DNA from: Phoronis australis
Taxonomy: Eukaryota; Animalia; Phoronida
DNA length: 64,000 nt
Reading direction: 5' to 3'
Assembly (NCBI GenBank): GCA_002633005.1
Contig: NMRA01000355.1
Coordinates: 332,310-396,309 of the forward strand
The number at the start of each line of letters is the position of its first letter. Position 1 is the first letter of the stretch. The translations under genes and the position numbers were made by a program. The notes under the pieces were generated by a model, which had not been told where the DNA came from, ran no database searches, and saw only the letters and a list, made by a program, of their open reading frames with translations. Shown here piece after piece: positions 38,274 through 50,753 of this stretch.

Positions 38274-41249
38274 TTACACCAATCAGGTAATACTAGACAG
38301 CATTGCAATTCCATAAAGATTCAACATGTAAAACCGTGACTAAATATTTATTTTCTTTTTGACTAGAACATGCTTCGTAATTCCACCCAATTCCTGTCAA
38401 AATATCGACAGGTGTGACAACACACCTCGCAAATCCATTTACACAAAAACAATTAGCATATAAGAACTACAATGTCATATTAAACAACAGGCACTAAAAA
38501 TTGACAAAAATATTGTGAAAAGTAATTTTTGAATTGCAAAATCTGTCATAAAGTATATTTTGAACTTGAACCTGAAACAAAGAAAAGGCATAAATGTTCT
38601 GGTGTCTTAGTCTCTGAGGAGACTTTCTCAAAGACCCTTCTCGGTAACTGTCTGTTTATGATCGAAATGGTGTGCTACAGCACTTGACAATGTTTAACTG
38701 GAGCCAGAGGATGTCACCAGCAAGATAAAGACTGCAGAAATTGACCTATCGCCAGGATGTTGAGTGACAGCTTAAATCAGAACGCACCATTCTTAACACA
38801 CCTTAATTTGTTTCCAAACCACCATTTTATCTGAAAAACAACACGTTGCGGGATAAAACTTATTGTTTGTTTGTCGACATTACGCAAGGGGCGAAGGACC
38901 AATAAACAACAATGATGAAGCGGAGAAGTCAGACATCATCACAGTTTGTGATTATATCAAAGTCGGTAATATCAGCGAATGTCTCAATTAATAGCGTTTC
39001 TAGTGGTGGAAAGGCATTCAGATGTGGCAGGCAAAGAGAAGACAAGACATATACCAGTAATAGAGCCCAGCAGCACAAATATTGTCTTGTACAAAACATG
39101 ATTTTCCTTCAACCTTACACAACAATGAATGCCTACATAGGTATGCCATCTATGTGTGTTACACAATGAACACATTGCCAATGGGCAATTTTAAATGCAC
39201 TAGATGGCGCAAGTGAAACTATGCATGCATTCAAGAGGTCATGTGAGACCGTTAGCCTACGGATGCCCTCATGTTCTATTTAGGTGTTCAAAGGGGACTA
39301 TTAGCACCACCTGGTGTAAATATAAAGTCTCCCATTTGGTATACATTAGAGGCTGTTTTTGTAACTGCCTTCATCAGATTATACAGTTTATGCAGGTCTA
39401 CAGAAATACTTCAAAGACCTGACATTCAGTGAAGATATGCAATCACTTGAAGTGGGTCAGCGCAGAGCATAATGAAATTTGTGGTATGTTTATAAAAGTA
39501 ATGAACAAGGTTATGTGATTTATGTCTTCGTCTCATTGCACATAATTACCCTAATGGTCTAATGAATCACTGGAGATGCCCTCTACATGCAATATTTATG
39601 TGAACAAATCTTTCTTAAAGTGCCAAGTAACACCATATATAATATGCAGGCTATGTGGTTATGGCCTATCAGGCTGAGTTACACAGATGTCACTTACACA
39701 GTGATGGCAATAGAAGTGACAGGGAAATAAAAACTGCCTTCAAAACGATGAAAATGCTGCCATCACATGACTTAAGTTTTAACAATATTCTCAACCTTAG
39801 TGATGTCCTTTCTGTCGACCCTTAAAATGTTCTGAATCCATGGCAAATGAAATGACATTATTCCTACCTTAAAACATCATGCAATCGTTAATAATGCGCC
39901 CACATATTTATATAAAAATGGCATAGCAGCCATTTTTGCGAAAAGTGTCACTTTTGAGATTTTTAAAATGAATTTTTAACAAGAGCAACGTGGAGCGTTG
40001 AAATGCACCTATCAACGCACCGCTAACGGTGAACTTCTAAGGATGTCTGTTTGTATTGGATCAGAGAAATGGCCACTAGATGGCACAAACTATGTCAAAT
40101 CCATCCAAAAACAGGAACATGCCATCATTTCCATTTATCTGAGGAAAATCAAAAGTCTGAGACACCATTTTCTCAGCCAAAGACGATAATACCATAAGTA
40201 CATCTAGTACATTCTACGTGAATTGACTCAATTGCACTAAAGGAGAAATCGATGTTCAAAACTGTTAAAAACGTTTGAAAACTTAAAAGCCTGAAACTGG
40301 TTGACGAAGACTTGTCACATAATTGAAATCAGTCAAAGTTGTTCCAAAGAGTTAGCATATTTGGCAGACAGGTAATGCACTTTAATGAAATCTTATAAAC
40401 AGAAATGAATACCCGCTAGATAGTTTCATACAATCCATGAATACGAATGGTAATGATTTTTAAACCCCAAAGCACTTGGTTAATTACTCAACATCAACAG
40501 ATAGCAGCTTCACACTATGGTCCCAATACGTTATCGGCGTAATACATGCGAAAGGCTTACGGAACTTGGTAATTCATTTTTCGTAAAAGTTTCACATACT
40601 TAGCTCGATTGTTTTTCCAAGCTCGAATTATATTGCTGTGTAAGCTCAGAAAAAGTAACAGTCTAATATAACGTGCCCGCGTTTTGAGATCAAGTTTTCT
40701 TCACTGAATAACGGGAATCGAACTCAGGCTCTCAAAACATGAATGCAATATAAATATATATATATCAGACAATTGCCCGAAAAAGACTATTCTTCAACGT
40801 GTGAGACAGTGAAAATTAACTATTTTGCTCAAGACCGGAGCTTGTACCAAACTTTAGAAACAGCTAAGGTCATGAGTGTTTTGTGTGTTACCATGAATAA
40901 CATCATTTCTAAAATCCATTGGTCTACTTACACCAACCTCTAGTCTATTTACAATGGCATAACGTTTCAGTCTGTCATTTCTTCGCTCATTTTCAGGTGT
41001 TGCAGGGTTCTTAGAAAAATGAACATGTGTGTATACACTCATGGTGGTCGATAACAAGCACCTTTTCTTTCTTTATTTTCTTCCTGGCACAAGCTGTGAT
41101 TGAACTAGGGACCTCAAAAACTACACTACCAAACGATTCAGAGAAATGAGGGACCAAAACGTCATTCCAATTTGTTAGTTAGAGCCTGATGTAAGTAGGC
41201 CAAATGACTCAAAGCAGGCCTAACTAGTTTGATTTCAGTTAATGTTGTC

Positions 41250-41491
41250 CAAGGTTGTACAAGGTTGCATAAGGTTGTACAAGGTTACATAAGGTTGTAC
41301 AAGGTTGCATAAGGTTGTACAAGGTTGCATAAGGTTGTACAAGGTTGCATAAGGTTGCATAATGTTGTGCAAGGTTGTATAAGATTGTGCAAGGTTGTAT
41401 AAGGCTGTAAATGGTTGTATAAGGTGGTACAAGGTTGTACAAGGTAGTACAAGCTTGTATAAGGCTGTACAAGGTTGTGCTAGGCTGTACA
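41250..41491. repeat. 10-bp minisatellite with a 20-bp higher-order period (aaggttgtac/aaggttgcat)
   Basis: About 24 units read directly. Confidence 0.95.
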
Positions 41492-42324
41492 CTTAGTCCT
41501 TTCTATAAAGATTATTCAAGTTCAACGAATTAAATGTTGTGTATGCAAAATGTGTTGTTAGCATCTTATAGTCCTTTTTCAACAGGATGTTTCCAAAATT
41601 GACAAACTGATAGAAAGTTTAAATTTAACTTTGCATTAAGAAATTTTGCTATCCAGACAAAAAAAACAGTCAATAAAGCCACTACTCTACTAAATTATCA
41701 ATTTCGCACAAAGTCTCAGCTTACAGATTAAAAGTGAATCCTACCCACTGCCATTATCTGGTAAATAATACGCTTTGAAAGCAGTTTACAAAAACTGCAC
41801 AACACTCGCATAGAAACCTGTCACAGGAAGCTTATTTTTAAAGAGCAAGCACAAATAGACAGATTTGTTAATTGAACACACCATGACCATATCACATGAT
41901 TACACCTGGTAGACTGGGTAACTGACACTCCCGATAACAGACTTCCATAAATACAGAGCACGTATTGGCCACATAACACTAAAAATTTCACAAACGAACT
42001 GACTCACAACTGTGAACATTACAGGGTTTTCTTCTCTGGGGGAGGTGCTATGTGACTGAGCCAACCAACATACTCCGATGTGTTAATCGTGTGCTAAGTA
42101 TCCCACAGAAACAACAGATGAACAAACTGCCAAAATACAGTGGCAACACAGAAGGGACAGTTCCAAAACAAGCCCAGTCAGGCCATGCCCACCATACAGC
42201 TCCAACCGTCCAACGAGCCAAAACCTAACATGGCGGAAGCTCTTCACCAAAGTACAGTTATTCTACACTTATTTCGCACAAAATTAATTACTAAGCAGAA
42301 TACCTGTATGTAAATACAGAGGGT

Positions 42325-42568
42325 ATCCATGTGTGTAATAGACCAAGCCACTACAATCCATGTCTGTAATAGACATGAGGCCACTACAATGCATGCCTGT
42401 GATAGAACAGGCCATTACAATCCATGTCTGTATTAGACTAAGGCATTACAATCCATGTCTGTAATAGACTAAGGCATTACAATCCATGTCTGTGATAGAC
42501 CAGGCCATTACAATCCATGTCTGTAATAGACCAGGCCACTACAATCCATGCCTGTAATAGACCAGGCC
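42325..42568. repeat. ~31-bp minisatellite (caggccattacaatccatgtctgtaatagac), about 7-8 copies
   Basis: Read directly. Confidence 0.92.
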
Positions 42569-42773
42569 CTGTTGTGTGTTAAATATGAGAACAACTACAA
42601 CAACAGAATGTACAATGTATTTTCAGACAAAAACATGATGATATCTTGTGATATCACTCATTGAAACAACATCAAGTAACTGTCTATAACTTTTATAATT
42701 GTTATTCATTTCTATTGCTTCACATTATGATTTAATAATAATTTGCCGAGCTACTGTTTTCAGCAAACTCACA

Positions 42774-45700
42774 GCATGTCATGGATTTCCACAACATGTT
42801 GTTTAGCAATTGATGAGCTGACTCATGGAAGAGACAGTCTCGCCTCCTGGTGACTGCCTGCTTGATGTGTTACATGGCACCATTTTCGAGTACGACATGA
42901 GACTTGGGATCGACACTTTAAACCGGACTGAAATTCTGGAAGATGCTGCTGCAGTAATCTAATTAGGCGTTAGTTCGTTATGGGATATCCCGTGTGACAT
43001 ACGAGGAGCATGAACATGTTCTGCTCTCTGAGCTCTACATTGTCACATTACTTTAAGATAATATCGCTGTGGTGTTGCACTTCGTTTGTGGCAGACGCAA
43101 CAACACGACTTTCAGTCACATTGTGACATTTTTGTCTTTCTACGTGAGAACGCCCTTGCCAGGAAATGGCACAAGTTTGTAAATGACACTTGAGTACGGG
43201 ATACGTCATTCAAAGGCACCACGTTGGTCAACTCCTTGATTTACAATGGCCACCTAACTACATGCACTCCCGCTTACACGAGAGCACTTGGCACTATTTT
43301 AAGTTTCACGAGTTTACTACGAGTAAATTACTTTTTTTTAGAAATAATAAAATCATTTCCGTAATTTCAGTCCTAAGTCAGTCTTGGGTCATGTTTCATT
43401 TTGTCAAGTCCAGTTGCTCAATTCTCCAAGTCATTGCGTCGAGTGACTTTGTAGTTTCCATGAAGTTGTGACTATTTTCTTAATGCGTGGCAGTACCCTT
43501 GAATGCAAGATGCGTTTTTCTCAAGTTACTATCTAAAAATGATAAGTTTGGAAATATGGGGAATACATTTTCTTGGTAAAAGAATCCCAGGTGATTTATT
43601 ATGACATATATTCGGAAAAGTAGGTCACATCATTCCTGTCTGGTTTATATTTTTAGCTTGTTGCTGCATCACTTGAGGGTTCAATTATTGATGATTTTCA
43701 ACGATCATAAACCAGATATTGTTACATTCCTCTTAGTTTTATTTTACACTGGAAATTGTAAATAGGTAAAATAGTATACACATCCAACGTACATGAAAAT
43801 GGTGTTGAGTAATGCTAGAAGACCCACAGAATGACACGCCACCTGCAGGCCAGAGTGTAAACAAGTCAAGGACTTTCCTGATGCAAGGTTAATTATGTAA
43901 TAACTCAAATTCAACAGTTAAAGAAGTGTTCATATATTTCCACAGAACAACTGCACTTTTATTTTCGTTGGCCATACTTCAGAGCATTTGAAAATCAACA
44001 CTGCCATGCTATTGGACATCCCCAAAACAAGAAACGTTTCAAAAAACTTTACCGAGACTCGCTATGACAACATGGAAACATGGTAACAATAACGGAAAAG
44101 CCACACCAATTAACTTTGGAACTTTAAACTAATAAGAGACAGAAAGTGAATTAAAGTAATACAATTTTACGGAAATGTCAAATTAAAGTCGATTTTTAAC
44201 GTTCCCAAAATCGGAAATTAATCTATCACATTAAATCAGCACCGCTCATCGATTGCCTAATATGGTAATGTGCTCGTTTTTTGTCACCCGTCAATCAAGT
44301 TGTTTGTCGGTCCATGTTTCTAAAAATGTAATGGGTAATTAATAGGAACATCCTGCATAATTACACCGCCATTACTTCAGGAATCCATCGACGCCCGATG
44401 ATGGGTGAGTGACGACAAAAAGTACTTTTTAGAGATTTAAGTTGCCACTTCAAGAAGCACACCACAGCGTGGGATGAGGGAGAGGTGGGGGAGGGGCGAG
44501 TGGGGATGTCCCCAATGTTCAATTTATACTGTTTGTTTGGTTTATGTATGTTTAACCGGTTATTAAGTATGTGACAATGTTTACAAACAAAAGAAGGCAA
44601 TTGCTATACAGCTGTGAATAATTAGATATTACTCCTGTTGTGTATAAACTGTTTGTGTCGTGTTCAATAGGTGGCCACTGTTTACCTGGTGACGTGTGTG
44701 AATACATACCAACATGTCAGATTTTAAATATCTTGTGTGTCTCAAAAAACTGTGATTGAATTTGAAGTCATTTATCATCAAATACATTCCTATAATGAAA
44801 GAGAACGTTACATGATCCATACCCAGGCAAAGAAAGCTAATACTTACACGGAAAAAAANGGCATGTCATGGATTTCCACAACATGTTGTTTACCAATTGT
44901 TGATGAGCTGACTCATGGAAGAGACAGTCTCGCCTCTTGGTGACTGCCTGCTTGAAGTGTTACATAGCACCATTTTCGAGTATGACATGAGACTTGGGAT
45001 CGACACTTTAAACCGGACTGAAATTCTGGAAGATGCTGCTACAGTAATCTAATTAGGCGTTAGTTCGTTATGGGATATCCCATGTGACATACGAGGAGTG
45101 TGCACATGTTCTGCTCTCTGAGCTCTACATTGTCACATTACTTTAAGATATTATCGCTGTGGTGATGCGCTTTGTTTGTGGTAGACGCAACAACACGGCT
45201 TTCAGTCACATTGTGACATTTTTGTATTTCTACGTGAGAACGCCCTCGCCAGGAAATTACACAAGTTTGTAAATGACACTTGAGTACAGGATAAGTCATT
45301 CGAAGGCGCCACGTTGGTTAACTCCTCGATTTGCAGTGGCCACCTAACTACATGCACTCCTGCTTAGACGAGAGCACTTTGCACTATTTTAGGTTTCACG
45401 AGTTTACTACGAGTAAATTACTTTTTTTAAAGAAATAATAAAATCATTTCCGTAATTTCAGTCCTAAGTCAGTCTTGGGTCATGTTTCATTTTGTCAAGT
45501 CCAGTCGCTCAGTTCCCCAACTCATTGCGTCGAGTGACTTTGTAGTTTCCATGAAGTTGTGACTATTTTCTTAATGCGTGGCTGTACGTTTGAATGCAAG
45601 ATGCGTTTTTGTCAAGTTACTATCTAAAAATTATGAGTTTTGGAAATGTGGGGAATACATTTTCTTCGTAAAAGAATCCCAGGTGATTTATTATGACATA

Positions 45701-46948
45701 TATTCGGAAAAGTAGGTGACATCATTCCTGTCTGGTTTATATTTTTAGCTTGTTGCTGCATCACTTGAGAGTTCAATTATTGATGACTTTCAAAGATCAT
45801 AAACCAGATATTGTTACATTCCTCTCATAGTTTTATTTTACACTGGAAATTGTAAATAGATAAGTATACACATTCAACCTACATGAAAATGGTGTTGAGT
45901 AATGCTATAAGACCCACAGAATGACACGCCACCTGCAGGCCAGAGTGTAAACAAGTCAAGGACTTTCCTGATGCAAGGTTAATTATGTAATAACTCAAAT
46001 TCAACAGTTAAAGAAGTGTTTATATATTTCCACAGAACAACTGCACTTTTATTTTCGTTGGCCATACTTCAGAGCATTTGAAAATCAACACTGCCATGCT
46101 ATTGGACATCCCCAAAACAAGAAACGTTCAAAAAACTTTACCGAGACTCGCTATGACAACATGGAAACATGGTAACAATAACGGAGAACCCACACCAATT
46201 AACTTTGGAACTTTAAACTAATAAGAGACAGAAAGTGAATTAAACTAATACAATTTTACGGAAATGTCAAATTAAAGTCGATTTTTAACGTTCCCAAAAT
46301 CGGAAATTAATCTATCACATTAAATCAGCACCGCTCATCGATTGCCTAATATGATAATGTGCTCGTTTTTTGTCACCCGTCAATCAAGTTGTTTGTCGGT
46401 CCATGTTTCTAAAAATATAATGGGTAATTAATAGGAACATCCTGCATAATTACACCGCCATTACTTCAGGAATACATCGACGCCCGATGATGTGTGAGTG
46501 ACGACAAAAAGTACTTTTCAGAGATTTAAGTTGCCACTTCAAGAAGCAAACCACAGCGTGGGATGAGGGAGAGGTGGTGGAGGGGCGAGTGGGGATGTCC
46601 CCAATGTCCAATTTATACTGTTTGTTTGGTTTATGTATGTTTAACCGGTTATTAAGTATGTGACAATGTTTACAAACAAAAGAAGGCAATTGCTATACAG
46701 CTGTGAATAATTAGATATTACTCCTGTTGTGTATAAACTGTTTGTGTCGTGTTCAATAGGTGGCCACTGTTTACCTGGTGACGTGTGTGAATACATACCA
46801 ACATGTCAGATTTTAAATATCTTGTGTGTCTCAAAAAACTGTGATTGAATTTGAAGTCATTTATCATCAAATACATTCCTATAATGAAAGAGAACGTTAC
46901 ATGATCCATACCCAGGCAAAGAAAGCTAATACTTACACGGAAAAAAAC
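42774..46948. repeat. ~2.09-kb tandem duplicated segment joined at a single N (44859)
   Basis: 42774-44858 and 44861-46948 are colinear with scattered substitutions and small indels. Confidence 0.93.
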
Positions 46949-48022
46949 CGAAGGTGTCGAAATCACTTTTAAATAAGCTCTCGGATTATACTATCAACAC
47001 TTGTGTTTCGATTTCCGAGTACAGCTCACCTCAGCAGGGCAAGCGACAGTGAAATATCATTTGCTAAAGCTCAACTAACAGTTTCAGATATATTTATAAA
47101 AACTACAAGTTTTGTAAATTACAGTGTTCAGTTATCCAACATTAGCCATTTTAAGCTCTAATATTAAGGTAAATCGTACAAAAATCCCCAAAATGCCCTT
47201 TAACTTTACCATTATTAACCTAGAAACTCGGCCCGTGACTGCGTAGCTCTGTTGGTTTGGTAACTCAATGAAGCCTGGTAATACGATATTATTATTATTA
47301 TATGATTGGCTTACGACTAGTGAATGGAGATAATGGACAAATACACCAGAGTAAATGTTAAACAGTTTGTGGACTATAGTAACATCTCAACAACTTAGGA
47401 CGCGTCATGGCAGACAAGTGATTTTTTCAATTCTTTATTTCATAATTTTTAGAGAAACAGCACCCAGTAAATACTTCATCATTTATCAGTTCTATAACAT
47501 AGTCGTACGATTAATAAATGAATGTTTTAAGGAATTGCAGGCATTCACAACATTACAAGCTTTTGAAATATTAAAAAGCTCAATTTTGGCAATATTTTTT
47601 TTCCAAAATTCGTAAGATTTTACTGTATGCAGATTGATAAATGAATTTGGAAATGGTTGTCGTGAGGCGGAGGAGTTGACACTAATTTCAAGAGCTTTTG
47701 AAATGTACGCGATTCAATCTTCACCTAAACATACTAGACATGCTTTTATGAATAACAACTTTGACAAAATGTACAGCTTTTTTCATCTCATCACCCTGCT
47801 GTTCCCCAGTTCCCTAAGCAACAGTGCAGTTTTCATTTCTTCAGTGGACACCCACCAAGACCCCAGTTACCCTAGTGTTAGGGATGCAGCCACACAGGCA
47901 TCCATCCACACAAGTGCTGTGTATGCTGTTGGCCTCTGTTAATCATGACAAGCCACACTTGAGAATACAGGCAGTCAGCCAGAGCTATTAACACAGGGAG
48001 GTCAGGGAAGGCTGAGGGTGGC

Positions 48023-48065
48023 TATATAACACACCAGTGATCAAACAGATGATAATCTATTCAAA
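48023..48065 (+). promoter_or_regulatory. Candidate TATA box and initiator for the nested Ly6/uPAR gene
   Basis: TATATAA at 48023-48029 with a pyrimidine-A-pyrimidine site (ctattc) about 30 nt downstream and ~480 nt before the ATG at 48534. Upstream ATGs in between weaken the call. Confidence 0.35.
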
Positions 48066-48533
48066 GTGCTTCAAGGTGAATCTGGAACAACTCTACAACT
48101 CAGTGGTCTTTCGGAATAGACAGCTTCATCAGTCGATGGCAGTTGAACCTGAATAGAACTGGGTTAAGTGAAAACAGCAGAGAGGTAAAGGCTCGCTGAA
48201 CAATAGTCACGGATAACTCACTGCCAAAACAGTCAGGTGGTTCGTAATCAGTGCTTAGTCGTTGGCTGTAACAGGAAGCTGCACACGGCCACAACAGTTC
48301 CAGGATCCATTATCAATGACAAGCTCGAAATCCTAACAAGGCTGCTTTTGAAAATTGGTTTGATCTCAAACTGGTGGTTGCCAGGTAAAACGTCGCTTCT
48401 ACTAGGCGATACATTAGACAGGCCTCAGAATCTGCAAATCCACAACATTCAGATTTCTCAAACTGGATGCCGATAAGAGCAACCGGAAACAGCCATCAAC
48501 CTGATCAAAGACTGATCATAGTTTTGGGCAGGC

Positions 48534-48588
48534 ATGAAGAGCCACATAGTGGAGGTCATATTGGTCCTACTCACAGTTGTATGGCCAG
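48534..48588 (+). CDS. Nested Ly6/uPAR gene, exon 1 (signal peptide)
   Basis: ggcATG MKSHIVEVILVLLTVVWP(G)|gtaaga, 55 nt, phase-1 donor that matches the phase of exon 2. Confidence 0.68.
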
Positions 48589-50649
48589 GTAAGAATCAAT
48601 ACATTAGTCTACTAACAGCCATCACTCCATGTGTTTCTAGAGACATGTATTTTACAAATAAGTACAGGAAAACCTCACCAATTTAGGACGCAACGTGGCA
48701 GACAGGTGAAATTTAATTTTCTGACTTGTTTTCATAGACGATGCCTTGTCATATTGAAGTTCTGTATAACAGCTAGGAAGACTAAACATTTTGAAAAAGT
48801 GTAGGAATTAAAACCAAGAACTACCCTAACAAAGAAATTTGAACAGTGCTACTTTGAAAGATTAGTGAATATTTTTTCTAGCGGCTTTAACAACAAAAAA
48901 CAGAGATAAGCCCATAATATGCTACTATTAGCATTAGTTTGTACAGCACAGCTGCCATGAAACAATGACAGGTAAAATGTGATTATCTGAACCCAGGTAG
49001 CTTTTGAAATTAAGGCAATTTAGGTAATTATTGTTTGTGCAAAATACGCGATGAAGTACGACGTGCTGTGGAACTTCTCTACTCTCTGAAGGAACAGAAT
49101 GTAATGCAACCTACTTTCTGTCACCTTCATATACGTTGAGAGGACATTAAATTGACTGGGGCATTTCGCAAAAAGGAAAAATCTCATTTAGGACACAACA
49201 CTTGATGATATTTTACCATAAAAACGTGCTTTGTACTGACACCACACAGAAGAAGTCATTGAAAATTGCAATCAAATCTATTACATAACACTAGTGTAAA
49301 GTGATTGCCATGGTAACGAGAACAAAGCACCTTGTTTTTTATGTCTTTTCTACCATATTGATTTTTGTGACCTCATGAACTGGTGAGATTGATGGACGCA
49401 ACTGATGGGCAAAATTGTCCTTCGTCTCCTGCACTGGACTATTGCTGCCAGTTATCACATGGATGGCAAATGAAGTGAAAAATAACGCAATTTGCCATAA
49501 ACGAACACAAACTGCTGTAAAAATTCTTCAGTTTGGAACACAGTGCGGAAGACGGGAGGAATTTCATTTCGTCAAGTTTGTCCTCAAAAATAACTTTTCA
49601 GGAAAATTTTCTTTGCCTTCAGCATAGTTTGTTTGGCTTAACTATTAGCAGACAACGCTTGGTAACAGTTTGAGCCTTTTATCGTTGAGGCAATTTAGCA
49701 ATTATTTTTGTCCTAATTTGAAGATTTTGTTACCATGAAGTTAACTTGCGGCTGAATATGCGCGAGACAAAAACTGATGGTTGATAATTAAAATATAGGT
49801 CATGCTCATGTTCAGTAGTATAACTGCTGCGTTACCCATTACGGCAATCACCTACTTTGAAGTAATCGGAAAAAATTCTGTTACCCATCACGGCGGTCGG
49901 CTACTTTCAAGGTGAATTTCACTCATGATCAGGAATTGATGGAATGATCGGGAATTTAGGGTCATTTTGTTAAATAATTTTTGGCACGGACCACATCAGT
50001 TGGAGTAGATATATGTTTTCAACAACAAACTATGTGCTGTTTACTGTCATAGAGAAATAACAATCAACAAATGACATTAAATGCAGCGTAGTGCGCAATG
50101 GTAAGTATGGTACTTTAAAACTTTGCAAAACTAACTGGATGACTTCAAAATTTGACACAGTTTACAATCCACTTCAGTTCTCCAATTCCAGCGAAATCTC
50201 GACAAAATGTTGACTGGAGTTGCACTACACATGTCAAAATGGTGATTTGCTTACCTTGCAAATCAATAAACAGCAACACGGTACAACAATGTCCCATTCC
50301 CCAAATCTTGACTAGATTGCGACAAAAAAAATATTTTATTGCAAAAACAGTTGACAAATAATTTTGGCAAAATAAGTCATCAAACCCTGCCGAAATCTAT
50401 CGAGTTTCTTATATTCATATATAACTACTATAGGGAACAAAAATACCATTAAAATACCAACAGCAAAAGTACCAGCTGCAAAATTTGATTACACACATAA
50501 AGTATGTCAAAGACCTTACTGCACAGGTGTGCAACAGTTTTAAATTGAATAGGTTACTGGTATTCAGTCCATTATGGCGGGAAGATACACGTCTCCAGCA
50601 AAACACCACCAAAACGCAACAGAGGTTTGCATACAAAGTCTAATGGGAA

Positions 50650-50753
50650 ATAGTCACTTAAGAGGGCCCTCGCATTTTTAGAACCAGTCTGCTGGCAGTT
50701 ACAAAGTAGAGAAAACTGGTTCTCAAAATGCGGGGACCCCCGTTAGTGACTAT
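50650..50753. mobile_element. MITE family B, best-preserved copy
   Basis: Imperfect inverted arms of about 38 bp, atagtcact...cgcatttttagaaccagt / actggttctcaaaatgcg...agtgactat, with TA at both ends. Confidence 0.78.

Noticed and set aside
41235-41492. Repetitive ORFs (YNLVQPYATL)n
   Set aside because: Translation of a 10-bp minisatellite.
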